From NCBI GenBank assembly GCA_964450435.1, contig CAYVCX010000002.1:43760-107759 (forward strand): a stretch of DNA of 64,000 nt, written 5' to 3'. The notes below the pieces were generated by a model that was not told the origin of the DNA, did no database searches, and was given only the letters and a program-made list of their open reading frames with translations. A program made the translations under genes and the position numbers. This DNA comes from an uncultured Anaerolineales bacterium. Lineage in GTDB: Bacteria > Chloroflexota > Anaerolineae > B4-G1. Numbering within the stretch: the stretch's first letter is position 1; each line of letters starts with the position of its first letter. Shown piece after piece: positions 55,788 through 63,301 of the stretch.

Positions 55788-56636
55788 ATGGAGCGATTTG
55801 CCGTACTCCAGCTTTCCGGCTGCGCTGGATGCGAGGTCGCGCTCCTCAACGCCGGGGACTGGGTGGAGAAGCACCAGCTCACCTACATGCCCCTCATCAT
55901 CTCGGCCTACGATGTGCCGGAGGTCGAGACGCTGCTGGTGAGCGGCGGCGTGCGCACCGAGGAGGACCACTACAACCTGCGCCAGGCGGTCCGCTGTGCG
56001 GATCGGGTCGTGGCTGTCGGCACCTGCGCCATCTCGGGCGGCGTGGCCAGCCTGGGCAACCGGGATGAGGTGCGCGAGATTTTCCTCGCCGAGGAGGAGC
56101 GGCGCCACGTCCCGCGCCTGCTCCCCCGCTGCCGTCCCATCGACGCCGTCGTCGAGGTCGATCTCTACGTGCCCGGCTGCCCTCCCACGCCAGAGCTCTT
56201 CATGGCCATGCTCTCCGACGATCCCGACTTCCAGCCCGGCAGAAACGTCTGCCGGGAGTGCGGGCGCAAGAAACTCCGCGATATGCGCCCTCAGCACCTG
56301 ACCGGGTTTCAGAAAGGCGAGGTACTGCCCGACATCTGCCTCATCAACCAGGGCTATCTCTGTGTCGGCTCCTCGGTACGCGGCGGCTGCCGCGCCCTCT
56401 GTACCCGTCCCGGACATCAGTGCGTTGGCTGCCGCGGGCCGTCCGATGCCTTCATAGAGAAGGAGGCCGAGGCCTGGTTGACCAGCATCAAGCGCGTCTT
56501 CGAGTCAATGACCGACATTCCGGAGGAGGAGCTCGATCGAGAGCTGCGCTCGCCCCAGCTGGCGCTCTTCCTCTTTCAGTTCTCCGACTATGCCGCGCCG
56601 GAGCGCCCGCCCAGACCCAAGGAGAAGATGCTCTGA
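55788..56636 (+). CDS. mvhG: NiFe hydrogenase small subunit (MvhG-like, group 3 type)
   Basis: Motifs LSGCAGCEVALL and VGTCAISGG, and distal Cys clusters at the C-terminus. A GAGGAG RBS precedes the ATG at 55788. Confidence 0.75.
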   Translation: MERFAVLQLSGCAGCEVALLNAGDWVEKHQLTYMPLIISAYDVPEVETLLVSGGVRTEEDHYNLRQAVRCADRVVAVGTCAISGGVASLGNRDEVREIFLAEEERRHVPRLLPRCRPIDAVVEVDLYVPGCPPTPELFMAMLSDDPDFQPGRNVCRECGRKKLRDMRPQHLTGFQKGEVLPDICLINQGYLCVGSSVRGGCRALCTRPGHQCVGCRGPSDAFIEKEAEAWLTSIKRVFESMTDIPEEELDRELRSPQLALFLFQFSDYAAPERPPRPKEKML

Positions 56637-56637
56637 C

Positions 56638-57963
56638 ATGGCCACCCTCACCTTTCCCCTGAGCCGCATCGAAGGGCATGCCCGGGTGGTCATCGAAGTG
56701 CACGGCGGGGAGATCGTCTCCGCCCATTTCGAGGCCATGGAGATTCGCGGTTTCCGCTACTTCGTCCTCGGCGTCCCCGCCGAGCAGATGCCCACCATCG
56801 TGCCGCGCATCTGCGGCGTCTGCTCCACCGCCCACCACGTGGCCGCCGTCGAGGCCCTGGAGGACGCCTTCGACGTCACGCCGCCGAACCTGGCCCGCAC
56901 GATCCGCGAGCTCCTCCTCCTGGGCCAGATCATCCAGAATCAGGCCACCTCGGTCTTCCTCTTCACCATGCCGGATCGGCTCGGCCTTTCCAGCATGTTC
57001 CTGCCCGGCGACGAGGCCGGCCGCGAGCGCGACCGGGCTGTGCTGGCCACCCGGGCTCTGCGGGTGCGCCAGGCCGGCACCGACCTGATCTCCCTGGCTG
57101 GCGGTCAGTTCATCCATCCCATCAAGGCTGTCGTCGGTGGGGTGACCAGCGGCATCGAGCCCCAGGCCGCGTCCGACCTGCGGGACCAGCTGATCGAGAC
57201 CATCCCGGTGGCCTGCGAGCTGTTCGACTACTACTGGGAGCAGTCGTACGCCCTCCGGGATCGCATCGGCACCTGGGGCGACGACGCCCCTGCCCATTAC
57301 ATCACCGCCACCGCCGATCACTGCCCCAACTATGACGGTGTCGGTGCCGAGCCCATCATCCGTGTGCTGGATCCCAACAGTATGGCGTGTGAGACCTTCT
57401 CCGTTCGTTCCTTTCGTGAGGTCCTCACCTTCGAGGAGACCGATTACAGCTATGCCGGCCGCACCAGCTACCAGGGCCACGTGATGCGGGCCAACAGCCT
57501 GGCGCGCGTCAACATGACCGACCATTTCGGCACCCCGTGCGCGGACCGCTACCTGAAGCGCTTCCGAGAGGCCTTCGGTCATCCGGCTCACGCCATTCTG
57601 CTCTACGACCTGGGGCGCGGCATCGAGTTGGCCTACGCTCTGGAGCGGGCCGTCGAGATCCTGCAGCAGCCCCTTGACCGGGGGGAGTCCGCTGTCCCTC
57701 ATACCCCCCGCGACGGGGAGGGATACGGCCTGGTGGAGGCACCCCGCGGCCCTCTCATCCACCGCTACCGCATCCGGGACGGCCTCATCGACGATGCCGA
57801 CTTCATCATCCCCACCGTGCACAACGCCCTGGCTATCGAGCGCGCGCTCCGTGTGGCGGCCCGGCGCTACATCACCCCGGAGCGCGTCGATATGGAGCTG
57901 GAGCGCGCCGTGGGACGCGTGGTCCGCGCCTTCGATCCCTGCATCGCCTGCGCCACCCATTGA
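56638..57963 (+). CDS. mvhA: NiFe hydrogenase large subunit (MvhA-like). It ends at the His of the C-terminal DPCxxCxxH motif
   Basis: Motifs RIEGH and RICGVCS near the N-terminus. C-terminal DPCIACATH is followed directly by the stop. The start lies 1 nt after the small-subunit stop. Confidence 0.85.
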   Translation: MATLTFPLSRIEGHARVVIEVHGGEIVSAHFEAMEIRGFRYFVLGVPAEQMPTIVPRICGVCSTAHHVAAVEALEDAFDVTPPNLARTIRELLLLGQIIQNQATSVFLFTMPDRLGLSSMFLPGDEAGRERDRAVLATRALRVRQAGTDLISLAGGQFIHPIKAVVGGVTSGIEPQAASDLRDQLIETIPVACELFDYYWEQSYALRDRIGTWGDDAPAHYITATADHCPNYDGVGAEPIIRVLDPNSMACETFSVRSFREVLTFEETDYSYAGRTSYQGHVMRANSLARVNMTDHFGTPCADRYLKRFREAFGHPAHAILLYDLGRGIELAYALERAVEILQQPLDRGESAVPHTPRDGEGYGLVEAPRGPLIHRYRIRDGLIDDADFIIPTVHNALAIERALRVAARRYITPERVDMELERAVGRVVRAFDPCIACATH

Positions 57964-58169
57964 TCGGCGCAGCTTTGGCTCGCCAGCGCCGGCCCCGGAC
58001 GGCGGCTCTGCCGCCCGCCGGGTTCACAACGTAGGGCGGATTCGTCATCCGCCGGGATCATTGACAGAGCCGTGTGGGACCAGCTTCCTGCCTGCGCTGG
58101 CCCGGGCCCGCCCGCGGCGGGCTTGCGGCTGGGCCCCACCCGCCATCGGCCGCCCAGGAGCACATCACC

Positions 58170-59000
58170 ATGAGAGACGCCACCCTCACCACCGTCGGCC
58201 GTCCCATCGACCTCAGCTACCCAACCAACCGGGCCATCGCCATCATAACCCTCCTCGTTATGCTTGGCGCCGTCCTTCTCCAGCGCATCGCCGGATCCGC
58301 CTGGCCTCAGAGCGTCCTCTGGGGCGCCCAGGCTGCCCTCTCCACCTTCCTGGCCTGGGCCCTCTGCCGCGAGCTCGACCCCGACCACCAGCTCTCCGCC
58401 TTCGTCGCCGTCCCTTTCACCCTGGCCGGCCTGCTCCTCTGGGGCCTGCCGCGCCTCGGCGTCATCTTCTGGCTGATCTTGACCGTGCGCGTCGTGAACC
58501 GCACCATGGGGCCGCCCGCCAGTCTCCTCGACTCCCTGGCCGTCCTCGCCCTCGGCATCTGGCTCTCCCTCCCGGGCAACTGGGGCTACGGCCTCACCAC
58601 CGCCCTCGCCTTCTTCCTCGATGGCCGACTCCCCACCCGGGTTCCTCGCCAGCTCATCTTTGCTCTCCTTGGCGTGCTGGCCACGGCGGCCGCGGCAGTC
58701 TTCGGCGCGGACCCTCCCTGGGAGCGTGCGCCTTCCCCCCTCGGCGTCCTCATCGCCGTCGGCATCTCCGTCCTCTTCGTCCCCGTGATCGCCGAAGCCG
58801 GAACAGTCTCCAGCGTGGGCGATCGGACCGGCCAACCCCTGGAGCCAACCCGCGTCCGTGCCGCCCAGCTCATCGCCCTCCTGGTCGGTGTGCACACCGC
58901 CTTCCTGGGTGGGCTCGCGGCCCCTGGAGCGCTTACGCCCCTCTGGTCCGCCGCCCTCGGCGCCTCGCTCTACCGCCTCTACCGGGCCCTCAACCCATGA
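58170..59000 (+). CDS. Integral membrane protein (multiple predicted TM helices), function unknown
   Basis: A GC3-rich frame with hydrophobic segments. An AGGAGC RBS is present. The overlapping alternative-frame ORFs were judged spurious. Confidence 0.4.
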   Translation: MRDATLTTVGRPIDLSYPTNRAIAIITLLVMLGAVLLQRIAGSAWPQSVLWGAQAALSTFLAWALCRELDPDHQLSAFVAVPFTLAGLLLWGLPRLGVIFWLILTVRVVNRTMGPPASLLDSLAVLALGIWLSLPGNWGYGLTTALAFFLDGRLPTRVPRQLIFALLGVLATAAAAVFGADPPWERAPSPLGVLIAVGISVLFVPVIAEAGTVSSVGDRTGQPLEPTRVRAAQLIALLVGVHTAFLGGLAAPGALTPLWSAALGASLYRLYRALNP

Positions 59001-59286
59001 CCCCCGGGTGAGCTTGCTGGAGCACAGACTGCCGCTTCCCGCCGGCGCCCCCACTCAATCTGCCCGCACAACCGTGTGGCCGCCCTCCCGCAGGGCCCTT
59101 CGCGCCCCAAGAACCCCACCTGGCCTCCGGTACACATATCTCCCAACTGTGGTATAGTCCACCTGGAACCCGGCCAGCGGGCCAGAACCGGCCGCCGAGA
59201 ACCCCTGGACACTGCCCGGGCGGCCGTGAGGCATCGTCCAGACACTCGCTGGGACAGGTAAGCAGTCCATTGAGAAGGAGAACAGA

Positions 59287-59571
59287 ATGCTTCGCAGAAG
59301 AAACGTGAAAAACGCCAACCAGGTCAAGGTCTCATTTGCCCTGCCCGAGCAGCACCCCCATGCGACCGACGCCTACGTCGCGGGTTCATTCAACGATTGG
59401 GATCCGCGGGGCCACCCTCTGATCCACCGCAGCAACCAGACCTACAGCGCGGTCGTGACCCTGGCTAAAGGCCAGCGCTACGCCTACCGCTACGTCTCCG
59501 GTGACGGCCAGTGGTTCAACGCCGGCGACGCCGACCACTACGAGGGACAGAACGGTATCCTCGTCGCCTGA
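59287..59571 (+). CDS. Small CBM48 / AMPK-beta glycogen-binding-domain-like protein (94 aa)
   Basis: Motif VSFALPEQHPHATDAYVAGSFNDWD ... YRYVSGDGQWFN resembles the carbohydrate-binding E-set domain at the N-terminus of GH13 enzymes. An AAGGAGAA RBS is present. Confidence 0.45.
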   Translation: MLRRRNVKNANQVKVSFALPEQHPHATDAYVAGSFNDWDPRGHPLIHRSNQTYSAVVTLAKGQRYAYRYVSGDGQWFNAGDADHYEGQNGILVA

Positions 59572-59735
59572 CCCTGACCTGGCGCAGGGTGCCAGCCCTC
59601 GCCCACCCTGCGAAGGCCATGGGTGCACCTGGCCGGGAAGGCCGGCCCGGTGTCCGCGAAAGCCTCTGAAGGCGGCACAGGCCTGTCCCGCCTTCGCAAG
59701 GGTACAGTGCAGGACCTCATCTGCAGGAGACCCTC

Positions 59736-60956
59736 ATGCCCGATAACCACGCCCCATCTCCGCGCCCCGCTTCCGCGCTCCGAGACACCGGCCTGGGCGT
59801 GATCCTCATCGCGCGGACCGTTCTCAACGTATCGGTCCGCCTGGGCCACTTCTTCCTGCCCGCCATCTCCCGCGGCCTGGGCGTTCCCCTCTCCGCCGGC
59901 GGCAACCTGGTGGGCGTGGCCAGCCTGGCCGGACTGATGGCGCCCCTCTTCGGGGTGCTGAGCGACCGCTGGGGGTTGCGCCGTGTGATGGTCTTTGGCA
60001 CCGCGCTTTTCGCCGTCGCCGCCCTTCTCACCGCCGGGCTCCCCTGGTACGGCACAGCCCTCGTCACCTTCGGGCTCATGGGCCTGGCCAAGGTAGCTTT
60101 TGACCCCGCCATGCAGGCCTACCTCGGGGCGCGGGTGCCCTACGAGCGGCGCGGCTGGGCTATCGGACTGTCCGAGCTGGCCTGGTCCCTGGCCCTCCTC
60201 GCCTTGCCCCTTTTCGGATGGCTCATCGAAGCCGTCAGCTGGCGCGCTCCTTTCCTGGTCCTTGGCGTTGTGGGTGTGCCCGTGTGGTGGGTGACCCGGC
60301 GCGCGCTGCCGCCCGATGCGGCGCCGGAGCGGGAGCCGCTCCCCCGGGCGCAGAACCTTAGACAGGACATAGGATCTCTCGCCCTCCACCTGCGGAGCGT
60401 GTTGGCTGACCATCAGTCCAGGCTGGCCCTGGTCGCCACCGCCCTGATAGGCTTCGCCCAGATCAACGTCCTGGTGGTCTACGGAGCCTGGATGGAGGAC
60501 CGCTTCGGCTTGGGCGTGGCCAGCCTCGGCATGGTGACGCTGGCCATCGGCGCCGCCGAGCTCCTGGGCGAGCTGGCCGTGGCCTTCATCTCCGATCGTC
60601 TCGGCAAGCGTCGCTCGCTGTTCGTCTCTGTCATCTTCACCGGCCTGGCCTACCTGGTGCTCCCCCGCCTGACCGGAAGCCTTGACGCCGCCGTGGCGGG
60701 CACTGTGGTGATGATCTTCTTCTTCGAGTTCACCGTCGTCGGGCTGGTGCCGCTGGTCTCCGGGATGAATGCCGACGCGCGGGGAACCTTGATGTCCCTC
60801 AACTACGCCGTCGCCTCGGCCAGCCGGGCCCTCGCCGCCCCCGTTGGCGTTGCCCTCTACGCCGCCGGCGACATCGGCATCAATGGACCCGTCTCCGCCG
60901 CGGCCTGCCTCCTGCTCCTGCTCGTCCTCCTCCGCCTCCACGAGCGGGGCCGATAG
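59736..60956 (+). CDS. MFS transporter
   Basis: About 12 hydrophobic segments in 406 aa. A motif resembling the GxLaDrxGrR (MFS) loop is present as VLSDRWGLRRV. Confidence 0.65.
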   Translation: MPDNHAPSPRPASALRDTGLGVILIARTVLNVSVRLGHFFLPAISRGLGVPLSAGGNLVGVASLAGLMAPLFGVLSDRWGLRRVMVFGTALFAVAALLTAGLPWYGTALVTFGLMGLAKVAFDPAMQAYLGARVPYERRGWAIGLSELAWSLALLALPLFGWLIEAVSWRAPFLVLGVVGVPVWWVTRRALPPDAAPEREPLPRAQNLRQDIGSLALHLRSVLADHQSRLALVATALIGFAQINVLVVYGAWMEDRFGLGVASLGMVTLAIGAAELLGELAVAFISDRLGKRRSLFVSVIFTGLAYLVLPRLTGSLDAAVAGTVVMIFFFEFTVVGLVPLVSGMNADARGTLMSLNYAVASASRALAAPVGVALYAAGDIGINGPVSAAACLLLLLVLLRLHERGR

Positions 60957-60988
60957 GTACTGGCGTCTTACGTTTTACGCTTCACGCC

Positions 60989-61936
60989 TTACACCTTGCG
61001 TTTCATGCTTCCCGGGTCGCGGCCCCTGTTTCGCCCGCGGACGGGAGCAGCCCAGGCCAGATACTCACGCCGGAACTCGATGCTCGATGGGTCGCAGCGG
61101 CCGTCCGGCGGATCGCGGATGGCGCCTCTGCACCACGTGCCGTCGGGCAGACGGTGGGAGTACCATGCATCCCCATCCTTGTGCCGCAGCGACATCGGCA
61201 CGTGGTGGATTGAGCAGAGGATGTCGGATGAGCCCCCAGTACCAGCAGCACCAACAGCCCTAGCCGCCGCTGCCGTCTTCTCTGGCCCCTCCTGCTTGCT
61301 GTGCTCTCTGGTAGTCTCTGCATGCTGGCCGGAATCCCGCCGACTTGCGTGCGGAAATCCTGCCGGCTGGTGTGCAGTATTCCTGCCTGCTTGATGGCGG
61401 GATTCCTGCCAGGCGGATGGCGGCTTTTCCTCCTGCTTGTCTGCGGCAACTCCGCCTGCTTGACGGCGCGAATCCGGCACCCCCGCTCCGCCCATCTCCT
61501 CCTGCCCGTCGGAGTCCTCGCCGACGGCGGCGCTCCCCTCTCGCACCTGGGCCTGGGACGCCCACGCGCCCCCTGCCGCGTGCTCCGTCAGCAGCTCGAT
61601 CACCCGGGCCGTGTCGAGCCGGTAGTACAGGCGGGCCGGCAGCCCCCCGATCCGCTCCTCCAGGATCCCGCGCTCTCGCAGCTGCCTCCGTGCCGTCTCC
61701 TGCTGCGATCGGCTCAACCCCGTCTCCCGCTTCCACTCCGCCCGGGTCTTGTAGATCCAGCCAGCAGGGTCGCGACCTCGATCGTGCCAGTAGAAGAGCT
61801 GCGAGAGAAGCACACCGGCGCAGACCCCGCCGCCGATGGCGGCGAAATCCGGATGGTAGGCGATCACGCCCTTACCCAGCAAGTCGCGAATAGCGGCGCG
61901 GGGCGCGGCAGAGGCGTCGGTACGGGGTTTGGACAT
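60989..61936 (-). CDS. Replication-initiator / DNA-binding winged-helix protein-like (N-terminal about 130 aa), then a repetitive low-complexity linker and a Cys/His-rich C-terminus
   Basis: The ATG at 61934-61936 (reverse strand) has a GGAGAAG RBS. The N-terminal pattern (IAYHPDFAAIGGGVCAGVLLSQLFYWHDRG ... WIYKTRAEWKRETGLSRSQQETARRQLRERGILEE) resembles phage/plasmid replication organiser wHTH domains. It is the only minus-strand gene in the window. Confidence 0.4.
   Translation of the reverse strand: MSKPRTDASAAPRAAIRDLLGKGVIAYHPDFAAIGGGVCAGVLLSQLFYWHDRGRDPAGWIYKTRAEWKRETGLSRSQQETARRQLRERGILEERIGGLPARLYYRLDTARVIELLTEHAAGGAWASQAQVREGSAAVGEDSDGQEEMGGAGVPDSRRQAGGVAADKQEEKPPSAWQESRHQAGRNTAHQPAGFPHASRRDSGQHAETTREHSKQEGPEKTAAAARAVGAAGTGGSSDILCSIHHVPMSLRHKDGDAWYSHRLPDGTWCRGAIRDPPDGRCDPSSIEFRREYLAWAAPVRGRNRGRDPGSMKRKV
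61290..61480. repeat. Degenerate interleaved direct repeats (CCTGCTTG-like, four copies; GGAATCC(C/T)GCC-like, four copies), iteron-like, inside or adjacent to the replication-like gene
   Basis: Read directly from the sequence: CCTGCTTG-family copies at about 61290, 61386, 61431 and 61454; GGAATCCCGCC-like copies at about 61330, 61352, 61399 and 61468. Confidence 0.3.
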
Positions 61937-62445
61937 GGGGCTTCTCCGGAGATGAGACGTACGGGACACGGCGTTGACGACGAGACGTGGTGAGGCACCG
62001 ATCATCATAGCACAGACGGGGAGGAGAGTCAATGGGGAGGCGTTGCTGACGTTACGCCGGCCAGCAAGAAGCGTTGCAGAATATCCCAAATCCGGGGCGC
62101 TCCGATGAGGGACGGTGCAGCCCAGCACCGCCTCTTCAGGGCGGTGCCCGCGCCCGGCGGCGGAGAGCCTGGGGGCAGGTCTCCGTACCCATCGACGGCG
62201 CCGTGCCATGGCTCTCAGCGGGTCTGTGACCCGCGCCGACAGCAGAGACGCCTGCAAGCCAGGTATGACCGCGGCCGAGGCGGCAGCCCTTCGGAGTCTG
62301 GCCCTCCAGCCGGGCCGGGCTACAATGGCGGACCATCGCGAAGCCTCACGGCGTGACGTAGCGTAACCTCGAGAGGCCAGGATCTGTCGCATGCTTCGCA
62401 TACGGCAGCCGAGAACTGGACATATGCTATATTTCGTGTTATCGT

Positions 62446-62464
62446 CCTTACCTGAGAGGTAAGG
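62446..62464 (+). promoter_or_regulatory. Inverted repeat CCTTACC-TGAGA-GGTAAGG abutting the abiEi start codon, within an AT-rich promoter island
   Basis: A perfect 7-bp inverted repeat ending 1 nt before the ATG at 62465. Local GC content falls sharply across 62410-62500. Confidence 0.35.
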
Positions 62465-63298
62465 ATGATAACAAATAATATAGAAATCGCCCTGGGCCTG
62501 GGCCCCAAGGCCGCTTCCCTGCTCGCCACGCTTGCCGGGCAAGGGAAGCGCATTTTCACTACCCAGGAGGCCCAAGAAATCCTGGGCGGCTCGCGCGCGT
62601 CGACCTATAAGCTGCTCCACGATCTGGTGGAGAAGCGCTGGCTTCAGTCGTTAAGCAAGGGGCAGTACCTTATCGTTCCCCTCGGGGCAGGCCCAGACCG
62701 CCGGTATACCGTGCACGAGTTTCTCATCGCCCACCATCTCGCTCCCGACGGGTACATCGCCTACTGGACGGCTCTGCACCGTCACGGATTGACAGAGCAG
62801 ATTCCGCGCACGGTTTGGGTTGCCACACCCAGGCGTCGGAAGACCAGGGTCGTATCCGGCGTCACGTATGAGTTTGTCACCCTCCGGCCCTACAAGATCT
62901 TCGGTCAAGAATCGGAGTGGATTGAGGCAGAAGCCGTTCCCGTGGCTGACCTGGAAAAGAGCTTGGTAGACGGGCTCGACCATCCCGGGTACTGTGGAGG
63001 AATCCCCGAGGTGGCGAAGGCCATTCACACGGCGTGGGCCGAACAAGAGATCGGCCTGCAGCGGCTGACTGACTATGCCAATCGAATGCGCAACCGGGCC
63101 ATCTTCAAGCGCCTCGGGTACCTGGTCGAGCTGATGTCGCTTCCGGCGGATGGGTTTCGAGAGATCTGGCAGGGAGCGCTTTCCAAGGGATATGCCCAAC
63201 TGGATCCTACACGCCCGGAGGAAGGACGGTTCGATGGGCGGTGGCAGGTACAGGTCAATGTGCCCGAAGCCGAACTTGTCGGATGGATGGAGGGGTGA
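62465..63298 (+). CDS. abiEi: AbiEi-family antitoxin / transcriptional regulator (type IV TA system, COG5340-like)
   Basis: An N-terminal wHTH followed by the characteristic C-terminal domain, 277 aa. It is immediately followed by an AbiEii-like nucleotidyltransferase. Confidence 0.7.
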   Translation: MITNNIEIALGLGPKAASLLATLAGQGKRIFTTQEAQEILGGSRASTYKLLHDLVEKRWLQSLSKGQYLIVPLGAGPDRRYTVHEFLIAHHLAPDGYIAYWTALHRHGLTEQIPRTVWVATPRRRKTRVVSGVTYEFVTLRPYKIFGQESEWIEAEAVPVADLEKSLVDGLDHPGYCGGIPEVAKAIHTAWAEQEIGLQRLTDYANRMRNRAIFKRLGYLVELMSLPADGFREIWQGALSKGYAQLDPTRPEEGRFDGRWQVQVNVPEAELVGWMEG

Positions 63299-63301
63299 CG
63301 C

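Noticed and set aside
57975-58053. Possible rho-independent terminator after mvhA (GC-rich imperfect stem at about 57990-58020; perfect 7-bp stem GGCGGAT-tcgtc-ATCCGCC at 58035-58053)
   Set aside because: Neither stem is followed by a U-tract. Without one, an intrinsic terminator call is not justified. They are kept only as possible RNA structure.
57674-59054. The 445-aa plus-strand ORF (57674-59011) and 395-aa minus-strand ORF (57867-59054), Pro/Arg/Gly-rich, overlapping the hydrogenase 3' end and the membrane protein gene
   Set aside because: They are out-of-frame with respect to the GC3-rich frames of mvhA and the membrane protein. Their composition (Pro/Arg/Gly runs) is the signature of wrong-frame translation of GC-rich sequence.
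61301-61993. Plus-strand ORFs 61301-61993 and 61345-61893 (Arg/Pro/Ala-rich) opposite the Rep-like gene
   Set aside because: Same reasoning as above. The minus-strand frame has a convincing N-terminal wHTH domain, an RBS and an ATG; the plus-strand ORFs are low-complexity wrong-strand artefacts.
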